Source: Candidatus Aenigmatarchaeota archaeon
Lineage (GTDB): Archaea > Aenigmatarchaeota > Aenigmatarchaeia > PWEA01
DNA: 64,000 nucleotides
Reading direction: 5' to 3'
NCBI GenBank assembly: GCA_046539325.1
Contig: JBKHHD010000001.1
Coordinates: forward strand, 1 to 64,000
Position numbers and translations under genes: made by a program. Positions 1 through 9,645 of the stretch are shown in pieces (the stretch's first letter is position 1; each line of letters starts with the position of its first letter). The notes below the pieces were generated by a model, which searched no databases, was not told where the DNA came from, and saw only the letters and a program-made list of their open reading frames with translations.

Positions 1-397
1 CCAGCTTCTCTATGTCGCCTGGTTGAAAGAGCGTCCCGTTCGTTATCATCTCCGTGTCCTGATAGACGCTCTCCTTGTTAACCTTTAGAAGAATTGAAAG
101 CGTTGTCTCTCTCCGGACCATGGGCTCACCACCACCCAAAATCCTCCACTCCTTGGCACCCCAGTCCAGACCCTTTTCGACTATCTTCATCCACTTCTCC
201 TTTGAGATTTCATCTTCCTCCAAGAAACGTCCTTCACTCCTTGCCACAGAGTTTGGACAAGCGTCACAGTTCAGATTGCAGCGGTTTGTCGGGATTATAG
301 AAAATTTGATTGGAGGTTGCTTGTTGCCCTTAGACCATTCGTTCAATCTCTTTACTTTCTCCTCGTGTGTTTTGTTTGGATACTTCAGCTCTTCCAT
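1..397 (-). CDS. Radical SAM protein, N-terminal part (runs off the window edge); paralogue of 399..1463 and 8545..9639
   Basis: Hand translation from the ATG at 397: MEELKYPNKTHEEKVKRLNEWSKGNKQPPIKFSIIPTNRCNLNCDAC...ILGGGEPM...ITNGTLF. Has the CxxxCxxC, GGEP and TNG motifs. Not in the ORF track. Confidence 0.9.
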   Translation of the reverse strand, partial: MEELKYPNKTHEEKVKRLNEWSKGNKQPPIKFSIIPTNRCNLNCDACPNSVARSEGRFLEEDEISKEKWMKIVEKGLDWGAKEWRILGGGEPMVRRETTLSILLKVNKESVYQDTEMITNGTLFQPGDIEKL

Positions 398-398
398 G

Positions 399-1463
399 TT
401 ACATATACCTCTTGGCAAGATTTTCTTCATCATCAAAGCTTCGTCTTATCTCCTCGTTTTCTTCAAGTAACGGAGCACAACATTTCGAACAAGTCTCGGG
501 TAGATTTTTGTTTGCTATCATTTCCCTTATCTCTTCGAATTTTTCCGAAAACCAGATATCTTCCAAGCTCATACCACGTACGTCCACGCCCATTTCTTCG
601 TCAAATTGGCTACATGGAGTTGCTATACCCTTTGGGTTCACGTTTATTGAGTACCAAGGCATAAAGCAAGGGACAGTTTCGTCCCTTATCATAGTGTTGG
701 TTTCATTAGACCGACTGAAGAAGTTCTCTTCCAAGACTTCCTCCGTATTTATACTAATATTGTACTCCTCAGCAAGATCCTCAGCACGCTTCAAACTTCT
801 TTCAACTTTCTGTTTATCCTCTTCTCGTAACTTTAAGTCCGAGGCCCTTTCGTTGAATTCTATCATGGGTAACAAAATGATCCTACCTATTCCATAACTA
901 TGGGCTAGCTCTACAACTTCAGAAACTTCTCCATAGTTCTCCCGGTTAAACACTGTGTTAATCTCTATCGTGGGGTAGGTAGAATTCTTTTCCTTGAATA
1001 ACTCCAAGGTATCTGTAACTCGGCTAAAACATCCCTTCTTTCCTCTTAGTTTGTTGTGAGTAGAACCTACACCGTCTATACTTATCCTGAGGAGATCCCA
1101 CTTCATGTCGACGATCCTTTGGACTGATTCTTCGTCAAGAAGGGTCCCGTTTGTAGTTACAGAGCCACTCATACCGGACTCCTTTACCCTTTTCATTATG
1201 TCAATTATACCTTCTTTCAGAAAGGGTTCACCGCCGACAATTCCAAAGACCTCTGCACCCATTTTCCCTGCCTCACCCGCGATTTCTAAGAGTTTTTCAG
1301 TTGGAAGCTCTTCTTTGTACTCCTTTGGATCCACATTTGGAAACTCGCAGAACCGACAGTTAAGGTTGCATTTCTGCGTAGGAAATATATCTACCTTTAC
1401 AGGTCTTCCTATCTTTCCTTCAGACCACCTTTGAAGTCTTGAAGTTATTGTAGATATTTTCAT
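399..1463 (-). CDS. Radical SAM protein with C-terminal SPASM/Twitch domain
   Basis: CNLNCRFC, GGEP, TNGT, ISIDG; C-terminal CFMPW...GIATPC...CSKCC. Confidence 0.92.
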   Translation of the reverse strand: MKISTITSRLQRWSEGKIGRPVKVDIFPTQKCNLNCRFCEFPNVDPKEYKEELPTEKLLEIAGEAGKMGAEVFGIVGGEPFLKEGIIDIMKRVKESGMSGSVTTNGTLLDEESVQRIVDMKWDLLRISIDGVGSTHNKLRGKKGCFSRVTDTLELFKEKNSTYPTIEINTVFNRENYGEVSEVVELAHSYGIGRIILLPMIEFNERASDLKLREEDKQKVERSLKRAEDLAEEYNISINTEEVLEENFFSRSNETNTMIRDETVPCFMPWYSINVNPKGIATPCSQFDEEMGVDVRGMSLEDIWFSEKFEEIREMIANKNLPETCSKCCAPLLEENEEIRRSFDDEENLAKRYM

Positions 1464-1688
1464 AATACAACTTCTATAAATTTGTAAATCCTTAAACTTA
1501 CTTTTGTCAGAGTTCTTAATTATGCTTTGGTTCCTTCTTTTACTCCTCTAAGCCTCCTAAAAGAAAGAGGAAGATGGTTAAATAATGAATAAATGCTTTT
1601 AAGAGCACTGCAAAGAAGTTTGGATTAAGAACACGGAAAGAAAATAATAAGAAGCTCAAGAAAATAAAACATTGAACAAAGGATTTGG

Positions 1689-2720
1689 ATGAATAAACCA
1701 CGGATCTTAATTCTTAACTCAGAGAGTAGCGTGGTCCTTAATTTCCTCCTTAAATACAGAAACCTCGATGTAGAGATTTTAACAGCATCCTGGGAGAGAT
1801 TTCCTGTTTCACTGTTTTCAAGGTTTTCGGAAGAACAATTAAGGATACCTGAAAGTGGATATCTCCCAGATTACGGGCAATCTTATCTGGTCAAAGAAAA
1901 TAAAAGGGATTTTTTCGTAAGCTACATGGAAAAGCTTACAAAGAAAGGAAATGTAGATTTAGTAATTCCTCTGACCGAATCAACTTTGGTACCCCTTTCC
2001 GGAGAGAAACGGATCTTAAAGGGTATGAACATATACCCATCGCACGATTCGATTCTTTGTTTACACGATAAGACTACTTTCGTCGAAAGGATGAAGTCCT
2101 TTAATCCTACTTCCTTTTCTGTACCCAAAGCCTTTTCTAGAGAAAATGTGGATTTTCCTTGTTTCGTGAAACCAACGAAGGGCTGCGGATCACATTTTAG
2201 CTACCGTTGTGAAAGCAATGAGGAGCTTAATTCAAAGATTAGAATTATAAATAACTACGGCAGAGAGCCGATAATCCAGGAGTTCATAGATGGAAAAAGA
2301 TTCGCTCCAAATATCCTTGTAGACAAAGACTATAACATAGTTCGAGCATTGTCTTCGACTAAGATACCACCTCGTAAAACGAGGGAAGTTTTTGAGGAAT
2401 TAGAAAGATTTTTTGAGGGGATAGGATACTACGGCTTCGCTTCGCCTCAGTTTCTGATAGATAATTCTGAATTATATATAATGGAGATAAATCCCCGTCT
2501 TTCGGCTTCACCTTATGGTCTGGGTTTTGGAGCCGGGTTTCCAAAGGCGTTTTATAGAACTATATATAACGAAGAGAATGTTGACAAAAGGTTTGTCTTT
2601 ACAAGAGGCATCCTGGGAGTCTGGGAGTCCTCACTGAGGTATTCTTTCAAAAGTGCAGATTTGCTACCTGTTGTCAAATTTTTGTTTAGTCACCTCCATG
2701 CAAAGATTCTCAAACAGTAG
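1689..2720 (+). CDS. ATP-grasp carboxylate-amine ligase-like protein
   Basis: HDK, FPCFVKPTKGCGS, IIQEFIDG and MEINPRLS ATP-grasp motifs. Confidence 0.85.
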   Translation: MNKPRILILNSESSVVLNFLLKYRNLDVEILTASWERFPVSLFSRFSEEQLRIPESGYLPDYGQSYLVKENKRDFFVSYMEKLTKKGNVDLVIPLTESTLVPLSGEKRILKGMNIYPSHDSILCLHDKTTFVERMKSFNPTSFSVPKAFSRENVDFPCFVKPTKGCGSHFSYRCESNEELNSKIRIINNYGREPIIQEFIDGKRFAPNILVDKDYNIVRALSSTKIPPRKTREVFEELERFFEGIGYYGFASPQFLIDNSELYIMEINPRLSASPYGLGFGAGFPKAFYRTIYNEENVDKRFVFTRGILGVWESSLRYSFKSADLLPVVKFLFSHLHAKILKQ

Positions 2721-2752
2721 ATTTTTATAAAAAGAAGGCAAAGGTTGAAGAT

Positions 2753-3976
2753 ATGAGAGGAAATTTTCAAAAAGAAGAAATAAGGAGCAAAAATAAACTC
2801 CATAGAAAGGTTTCGCGACTTGATAAATACTACCTCCCTAGCCCCTTTAGCTCAGAAGACTTTCGATTCTATCCAAAGGAAAGGGACTGGAAGGCAATAA
2901 GAAACCACGTTTCCTCCGTTCTTCTATACATAACAAATAACTGCAACTCATCCTGTCGAATCTGCTACCAAGAATCAAAAATAGGAGACAGAGGTGGGGA
3001 GATGGAGAAGGAAAGAATACAGAAAGTTTTGGATAGAATCGGGAAAAATAAACGCGTCACTCTGATAGGTGGCGAACCAACAGTTCGGGACGACCTCTTT
3101 GAAATAATAAGGATGGTCAAAGAGAAGGGACACGAGCCGGAGATATTTACCAACGGCCTCAAGCTATCGGACATCAAGTATGTAAAGAAGCTTAAGGAGG
3201 CGGGTATAGAGAGAGTCTACATCTCCTTGGACGGATTTGAAGAGGAAATATACGAGAAAATGAGAGGAGACGCTTCCCAACTAAAGGCAAAGCTCCTAGC
3301 ACTCCGTAACCTCGAAGCCATGGAAATGAGCACCGTGATTGCCTCGGTTATCGGCAAAGATATAAACGAAGATCAGATTGAGTCATTGATAGAGTTCGGT
3401 TTGGACTCGATAAGGGAAAGTACAGACCACATAGACGGACTGCTTTTCTACGGCCTGACAGATACGGGGAGATGTGAGCTCAGGGAGCATGAAACCTCTA
3501 CCGTGGAGCTCCTGAAGCTTCTAAAGGAGGAAACGAACGGCCAGGTGGTTCCTGAATACCTGATAGAAACGAAGAAACTTGCCCTTAATATTTCGAGACT
3601 AATGAATAAGCTCAATATGCCGCTTAACTTCGGATCCGGAGGACTTATAGGTCTTTATGAGCCCGGGAGCATCGAACCATGTTTCCCCTTGGAAAAAATC
3701 ATAGGTTTAAATGACCTCTTGGAAAGGGGTGATATTTTCAGGTTCGGCCTAGAGAGTCTGAAAACCGGAAAGATAAGAAAGATGTTAGGTAATTTCATTT
3801 CTGGCTCCAAGATAATCGATTCAATCTCCCAAGGAAACCTGTTCCTGGGTATCGGCGGCGTAAACAATCCCTCTTCCCATACCTCGAGGATGACAGGGAC
3901 TATAGGCCTCGAAGCATCCCCAAATGATAAGATAATGGTTAATACTACTAGTTTCCGGGACCTAGAATCAGCCTAG
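2753..3976 (+). CDS. Radical SAM protein resembling the COG1964/tetraether synthase (Tes, MJ0619) core
   Basis: CNSSCRIC, GGEPTVR, TNGLKLSDIKYVKKLKEAG..VYISLDG..EEIYEKMRG, INEDQI. The N-terminal and C-terminal Cys motifs of Tes are absent. Confidence 0.8.
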   Translation: MRGNFQKEEIRSKNKLHRKVSRLDKYYLPSPFSSEDFRFYPKERDWKAIRNHVSSVLLYITNNCNSSCRICYQESKIGDRGGEMEKERIQKVLDRIGKNKRVTLIGGEPTVRDDLFEIIRMVKEKGHEPEIFTNGLKLSDIKYVKKLKEAGIERVYISLDGFEEEIYEKMRGDASQLKAKLLALRNLEAMEMSTVIASVIGKDINEDQIESLIEFGLDSIRESTDHIDGLLFYGLTDTGRCELREHETSTVELLKLLKEETNGQVVPEYLIETKKLALNISRLMNKLNMPLNFGSGGLIGLYEPGSIEPCFPLEKIIGLNDLLERGDIFRFGLESLKTGKIRKMLGNFISGSKIIDSISQGNLFLGIGGVNNPSSHTSRMTGTIGLEASPNDKIMVNTTSFRDLESA

Positions 3977-3997
3977 AATCAGGGTAGTCAGGAGTAA

Positions 3998-5512
3998 TCA
4001 TAAGCAAGGCTTCAGCCTTTCTAAAATAAATTTTTTATATTCTTGTCCTTTCAGGTAAATATTTCTTGGTCTGGCGTACCTCCTCAACAGCTCTTTCTTT
4101 GCTTTGATATCAGATATTCTAGCGTATTTCTTCCAAACCTTACGGAGGAATCCTTCCTCAATTTCTGTCTTCACATTGATCTCTGAATGAAGGTATTTAT
4201 CAAACTTCTGATCCTTGATAAGTCCCTGTTTCTTCAGTTTGCTATAAAGTTCTGTCTTGGGTATCGGAACAAGAAACTGCGGACGAAAGAAATCGGGGTT
4301 TACCTTTTTTAACAGGTTTATTGTATCTTTTAAGTCTTCTTTTGTCTCGCTCGGATAACCCATTACCCAGCCTGTTGATAAATTGATCCCACGATCCTTC
4401 ACCGATCTACATTTTTCCACTACCTCTTTTTCTTGTATCTGATTAACATTCTGTGGTTTTTTCATCTCCTGTAGAATTTTCTTACTGCCGCTTTCTATTC
4501 CTGTTAAGATGGAGAAACAACCAAGGGAGCTCAATAGATCTAGTATATCCCCGTCAAGTTGGTCGACGTTGGATCTACAGGAAAACATTATCTTTGCCTC
4601 GCTTTCCCTAAGCAACTTGCAGAACCTCTTCGTCCAGTTTTTGTTGTGCAGAAAAGAGGAGCCTTGGAAGTTGAACTCGCGTGTTCCGAATTCATTGTAC
4701 ATATATTCTATCTCTTTGATGACGTTTTCAGGACTTCTTAATTTGAATGGCTTCCCCGATGAACAAAAACTGCAGTTATATTTACAACCTCTACTCTCTT
4801 TAATCCAGGTAAAAGCTATTGGAGGATGTTTATCCTTTTCAATAACTAGGTTCATGTCAGGTACTGGGAGATCATTCAAGTTTGTTATTCTATTAGAGTT
4901 TTCTGTGGTCTTAATTCTCCCTCTTTCTCTTATAGCCAGTCCACTGACATCACTTAAGCTCTCTCCGAATAATATGTTTTTTACAGTCTCTACAATCTTT
5001 TTTTCTGCATCCCCCTTTATAACGAAGTCTATATTTTCATCTTTAAGGAAAAAACTGTATACAGGAGTACTTGAGATAGATATATGAGAATCTTCCTCGG
5101 AAAAAACCCCTACCTTTGTCTCTGGATTCATTTTCTTTACTATTTCCGCCACTTTACGAGTAGCTGAAAAAGATGGAAACCCGACCGGATCTATTAACAA
5201 GACCTTTGGTTTATGCTTTTCGATGTAAAATCTTAGTTTTTGCCACTGGGAGCCTCCCGCCCCCAGGAAATCCCGTAAACGTTCCTCGAAGTTTCTGTAG
5301 TTCTCTAAACTGTCATAGAGCGTAAATTTTTTATGTCTACCACAGTACGTTGTGTTCAGGTGGCGGGCAGAAAACCCCTCTTCTTCAAGAAGAGTAACTG
5401 GAACCACATCTCTTTTTACAATAAGAGATTTAATTCCCAAATCTAAGGGGGAAGGTGCCCTAACAGTCATTGCATCAAGAGTCAACTTACCACAAATTAA
5501 TTTATGATTCAA
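3998..5512 (-). CDS. Cobalamin-binding-domain radical SAM protein
   Basis: SRGCKYNCSFC, GIESGSKKIL, GYPSETKED, LVPIPKTELY, plus an N-terminal Rossmann-like B12 domain (IDFVIKGDAE). Confidence 0.88.
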   Translation of the reverse strand: MNHKLICGKLTLDAMTVRAPSPLDLGIKSLIVKRDVVPVTLLEEEGFSARHLNTTYCGRHKKFTLYDSLENYRNFEERLRDFLGAGGSQWQKLRFYIEKHKPKVLLIDPVGFPSFSATRKVAEIVKKMNPETKVGVFSEEDSHISISSTPVYSFFLKDENIDFVIKGDAEKKIVETVKNILFGESLSDVSGLAIRERGRIKTTENSNRITNLNDLPVPDMNLVIEKDKHPPIAFTWIKESRGCKYNCSFCSSGKPFKLRSPENVIKEIEYMYNEFGTREFNFQGSSFLHNKNWTKRFCKLLRESEAKIMFSCRSNVDQLDGDILDLLSSLGCFSILTGIESGSKKILQEMKKPQNVNQIQEKEVVEKCRSVKDRGINLSTGWVMGYPSETKEDLKDTINLLKKVNPDFFRPQFLVPIPKTELYSKLKKQGLIKDQKFDKYLHSEINVKTEIEEGFLRKVWKKYARISDIKAKKELLRRYARPRNIYLKGQEYKKFILERLKPCL

Positions 5513-5625
5513 TACTTATTCTTTTAACTATAAAGGGTATAAAGTCCCAACTATTTCAAAGGACTTGAATATTAAGGTAGCTTCAGGACCAAAAAACTTT
5601 CCTAATTTTACAATAAAAATCTTGC

Positions 5626-6451
5626 CTACTTTCTTATTTCCAGCCAAGGCACATCGTTTATTTCATCCATCCTGATGTTTGGAATGTGGAAATATAATCC
5701 CCGTTCACCAAACAGGGTTCCATGATCCGAGGTTATGACTATATTTCCATCCAAATGCTTCAAGACTTTTTTGACCTCTTTCAGAACGTATTTGAGATTG
5801 TCCTCATATGCCTTCATTACCCTCTCTATCGAGATATCTCCAAATATTAATCCAGGATAATTTCTATCAAGTTCAACATCAGTCTTTCCTAAGAACGGTG
5901 AATGTGGTTGCATATAATGTATTATTATTCTTTTATCGGGGTATTGTTTCAACGTCTCAAGTGCCGCCTTAGTGACTTCTTCAGCTGAGACAGTGCCGAG
6001 ATTCTTATGCCAGCCCTTATCCCAAACTCCAATAACCTGTAAAAAGTTATTCTCTGGTTTGAAGCCGACAAATTTTTCGGAAGAAGAAAAGGGATTTCCT
6101 GAAACGTAGATAACGTCATCTAATTTCTTTCCTTTAAAATTTTCTATTAACCACTCTGGAGTTGCAGATCCTAAGCTCTTCTTCTTATGCAATTCGCCCT
6201 CTATACGGTTTATTTTCTTGAATGTATCATACCTGCAGGCATCTAAGATTATTAAATAGTCCCAATCCTCTTCCATCACCTCTATACCATCTTTTTTTCT
6301 TTACCGTGTAAATTGTCCAAAAAAACATCTCAAGAAGGTTTTGATAGATTTTATACAGGATCATCCGAAGTTTGTAATCCTCTTGTTCCAGAAGAACAGA
6401 CTCAAGTCTCTCAAGCTTACTCCTTATATAACTTTTCAGCAATTCATACAC
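5626..6451 (-). pseudogene. Alkaline phosphatase/sulfatase-superfamily protein split by a +1 frameshift in an A7 tract (6292-6298); catalytic part 5626..6279 is open
   Basis: EEDWDYLIILDACRYD, SATPEW, HYMQPHSPF, TSDHG, VPW. The frame extends upstream as KKDGIEV to a TAA at 6303-6301. The upstream ORF 6451..6227 overlaps in another frame at the A run. Confidence 0.65.
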
Positions 6452-6601
6452 CTAACAATAATTTAATATGTTATTTGAACTTAAATTCTTGTTATGCTAA
6501 CAACAAAGCCCATATCAAATAAGTCTTACGGATTTAATTACGGTTGGTGTATGTCTTCATTTCAGAATCCCTTCTTTTAAATAATCTTCATCAATACTTT
6601 T

Positions 6602-8542
6602 ATGAACACCATGAGAAATGAAGTAAAGATATTCCTCGTCCTGTTAGTAGCTTCTTCACTCTTCACGCATTGGACCAGCTGGAATGAACAGGCCAACTAC
6701 GCTATGTCTGCATCCATAACTGAACAGTCTGTCTTGCATATAGATGAGTACAATGAAACCACTGGAGATTTTATAAATCATCAAGGACACTCATATGCAC
6801 AGTTCAACCGCTGGGCGATTTCTTCAATATCCACAGGACCTTATTTCCTTTTTTCAAACCTTGGTCTTTCGAACAGCAGCATGAAGTTTCTATTGACAGT
6901 TCTCATAAGTGGTGTTTTCTTCTCTCTTTCGGCCGTGATTATTTATAATATCTCCGATAGATTTTTCAAAAGTGAGCTGAAGAAGATAGGTCTGACACTT
7001 GTCTTTGGCTTTTCAACACTTGTTTTCCAGCAGGCACGGCTATTTACTGCTCATTCTCTTGAGGTATTTTTCAGTTCCCTGATTATCTTTCTACTCTTCG
7101 ATATATTAGAAAAAGACAAGCTAGATGTAAACCATATTTTACTCCTTTCTGTCTCCTTAGCTATAGGTTTGTTCCTTACACCGTTTTTTCGCCCCCTCTT
7201 TCTTTTTATTTTACTGGCACTTCTCTACAAACGAAGATGGAAAGAAGCCTCTATTATATTCACGGTTTCCCTGTTGTTGTTCCTTCCTGCCTACCAGGGT
7301 TACTGGATGGAGATTGATGCCAAAGAATCCGAAACGACAATTTTACCGGCAGAAATTTCTTCAGAACAGGACTATCCAACGGAACTTGAATTTTTCCCGA
7401 AGGCATTCACTGGAGAAATTTATTCCCTGGGAACTCTACTACAGACAACGATATACCCGTCAAAGGGTCTATTTTTCTACTACCCAGTTTTAATCTTTTC
7501 CTTCCTTGGGTTCTATCTTTTGAAAAAACAACGGCTTTTGAGCCTTATACTTCTTCTGTTCTCAGTTTCAGTAATACTGGCAAATCTACTCATACCGATG
7601 TGGTGGCTTGGGTGGGTAAGTTTCGGTCCTGTTAGAATCTTTGCCATAATTATGCCAGCTTTGTTTGTAGGAGTAATGAAGTTCGTACAGAAATTTGGCT
7701 GGAAGATAATACTTCCTTTCATACTTTTTAGCCTCTTCAGCAACTTCTTACTTCTACAATACGGCGAAGACAGCATTGGTCAGACATTCCCCAATGAATA
7801 CTATGACAAAATGGAGAGCCTTTCCGTCCTGAGTAATCCCCTCCACAACCACTACTATCCACTGTCTAGAGTGAACGGGCCCAGAAGCGTTCTTCTTGAG
7901 AACCTTTTAATTCATGGGGACATCGACATCCAGTTGAGCCCACATTCTCAGGGAGCTGATAGTCCAGTAATGGATAGATTTGAGGTCCCCCTCTTTGCCC
8001 CGGCCTTTGGAATAGTTGTTTTAAGGCTTCCTTACCTCGCTCTCTTCTTGTTTTTCGTTTCAGTATTTTTGCTCTGGCAGAAGGAGATTCTTCATTTTTT
8101 CGGTCTCTTGGAGTTCAGGAAGCTCGTCTATCTTTTGATTTTGCTTTCTTTCTTTGTTACTTTTATCGGTATTGAAGATACAGTTTATGGTGAAGGATGG
8201 TATGCACCCGAGTGGGATGGAGATCAAAACGTTGTTGACGAAGGGCGTTGGCTAGGTCGAGAGTCTGAACTTTTTGTTATTTCCGAGGGAAGGGAGAATG
8301 AGCTTTCATTTTCAGCTGAAAGTTATGGTGGCATCAAAGATCTGGAACTGCTTGTGAACGGTCAAGAGATCGAAAGGTATTCTATCGAGGACAAGGAGAG
8401 AGTCGTCGAAGATATAAGTCTTGAACCGGGAAGAAACAAGATAACTTTCAATTCTCCAGAAGATTGCAAAATAGAGGGAAAAATGGATTATTGGGGTTAC
8501 AGGTGTCTAAGCTTCAAAATAAGTGATATTAACTTGCAGTGA
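6602..8542 (+). CDS. Polytopic membrane protein, GT-C/PMT-like glycosyltransferase candidate with C-terminal extracellular beta domain
   Basis: More than ten hydrophobic segments, N-terminal loop WNEQANY, GLFFYYP and FGPVR motifs, glycosylation gene context. Confidence 0.55.
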   Translation: MNTMRNEVKIFLVLLVASSLFTHWTSWNEQANYAMSASITEQSVLHIDEYNETTGDFINHQGHSYAQFNRWAISSISTGPYFLFSNLGLSNSSMKFLLTVLISGVFFSLSAVIIYNISDRFFKSELKKIGLTLVFGFSTLVFQQARLFTAHSLEVFFSSLIIFLLFDILEKDKLDVNHILLLSVSLAIGLFLTPFFRPLFLFILLALLYKRRWKEASIIFTVSLLLFLPAYQGYWMEIDAKESETTILPAEISSEQDYPTELEFFPKAFTGEIYSLGTLLQTTIYPSKGLFFYYPVLIFSFLGFYLLKKQRLLSLILLLFSVSVILANLLIPMWWLGWVSFGPVRIFAIIMPALFVGVMKFVQKFGWKIILPFILFSLFSNFLLLQYGEDSIGQTFPNEYYDKMESLSVLSNPLHNHYYPLSRVNGPRSVLLENLLIHGDIDIQLSPHSQGADSPVMDRFEVPLFAPAFGIVVLRLPYLALFLFFVSVFLLWQKEILHFFGLLEFRKLVYLLILLSFFVTFIGIEDTVYGEGWYAPEWDGDQNVVDEGRWLGRESELFVISEGRENELSFSAESYGGIKDLELLVNGQEIERYSIEDKERVVEDISLEPGRNKITFNSPEDCKIEGKMDYWGYRCLSFKISDINLQ

Positions 8543-8544
8543 TT

Positions 8545-9639
8545 TTATCGTAGTCTTTTACGGAGCTTCTCCCTGATTTCCTCCTGTAGAGGTACGTGCG
8601 TAGAGACACAGTTCTCGCATCCAGAAGGTAAACTCTTGTTCTTTATCAGATTCCTGAACTCCTGGAATTCTTCTCCGAGCCATATTTCTTTGAAATTATT
8701 TTCTTTGATACTTACATCAAGAAGGTTTGTAGAGCACGGGCCGACATCACCGTTGGCCTCGACCTTTGGCCAGAGCCATGGCTCGTAGCACGGAAGCTTG
8801 AGAAATTCGTTATTGACCGCATCCTCTTCGCTTGATCTTTCAAGTATTTCATCCTTAAGGTCGCCTGTTTTTTCTACCTCGCCTACATCTATAACTGTAT
8901 CTATGTTCGTAAAAATATCCATCTTTTCGGCCTTTTCCTTCAATTCGGTTGCTTTCTCTACAAACTTTCTTCTCTCTTCTTCTGTAAGCTTCAAGTCCTC
9001 AACTCTTGGATTGCTGACGAATAAAGGTTCAAAGGTTATTACTTCAATATTAAGTTCCGATGCAAGCTCTATTATTTCCTCTGTTTTGTTCCAGTTTTTC
9101 GCTGAAAGTGCCGTTCCGAACTCCAGTTTAGGCTTATCGGTTCCCTTTCCCTTTTTTACCTCATTGAACATTCTTATGTTATCCACTACTTTTTCGAAAG
9201 TTCCTTTCCTACCCCTGTGGAAGTCCTGGGTCTCTGCGTCAGGACCGTCCACGGAAAATACCATGTGATCCCACTCCATATCGACAATTCTTTCCACATC
9301 TTCTTCTTTGAACAACGTCCCGTTAGTGGTCATCCGCCCTGTAACATTATACTTTTTTATTATCTCCATCATGGGAAGCGTCTTGTTTCTTACCAACAAC
9401 GGTTCTCCACCACCCGATATCCTTATCACATCTACCCCCATGTCACATAGATTTCCCACAAGTTTCAGCCACCTTTCTTTCGAAACGACATCCGAGTAGT
9501 CATATGGGTTCAGTTGCTGGTAGCAGAAGGGGCAGCGTAGATTACAGCGGTTTGTGGGGTAGAGGTGCACCTTGTGCGGGGCTTCCTCTCCTCCTTCAGC
9601 CCACGTCTTGAGTTTCTCAATAACTTCCCTTTCGATCAT
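8545..9639 (-). CDS. Radical SAM protein with SPASM/Twitch domain
   Basis: PTNRCNLRCPFC, SGGGEP, TNGT, FSVDG; CYEPW...GDVGPC...CENC. Confidence 0.92.
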   Translation of the reverse strand: MIEREVIEKLKTWAEGGEEAPHKVHLYPTNRCNLRCPFCYQQLNPYDYSDVVSKERWLKLVGNLCDMGVDVIRISGGGEPLLVRNKTLPMMEIIKKYNVTGRMTTNGTLFKEEDVERIVDMEWDHMVFSVDGPDAETQDFHRGRKGTFEKVVDNIRMFNEVKKGKGTDKPKLEFGTALSAKNWNKTEEIIELASELNIEVITFEPLFVSNPRVEDLKLTEEERRKFVEKATELKEKAEKMDIFTNIDTVIDVGEVEKTGDLKDEILERSSEEDAVNNEFLKLPCYEPWLWPKVEANGDVGPCSTNLLDVSIKENNFKEIWLGEEFQEFRNLIKNKSLPSGCENCVSTHVPLQEEIREKLRKRLR

Positions 9640-9645
9640 CTTTCA

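Noticed and set aside
1464-1688. Gap with short ORF fragments, considered as a RiPP precursor for the SPASM enzymes
   Set aside because: Only very short ORFs with no SD and no Cys/Trp-rich core. The glycosylation context fits better. A precursor outside the window cannot be excluded.
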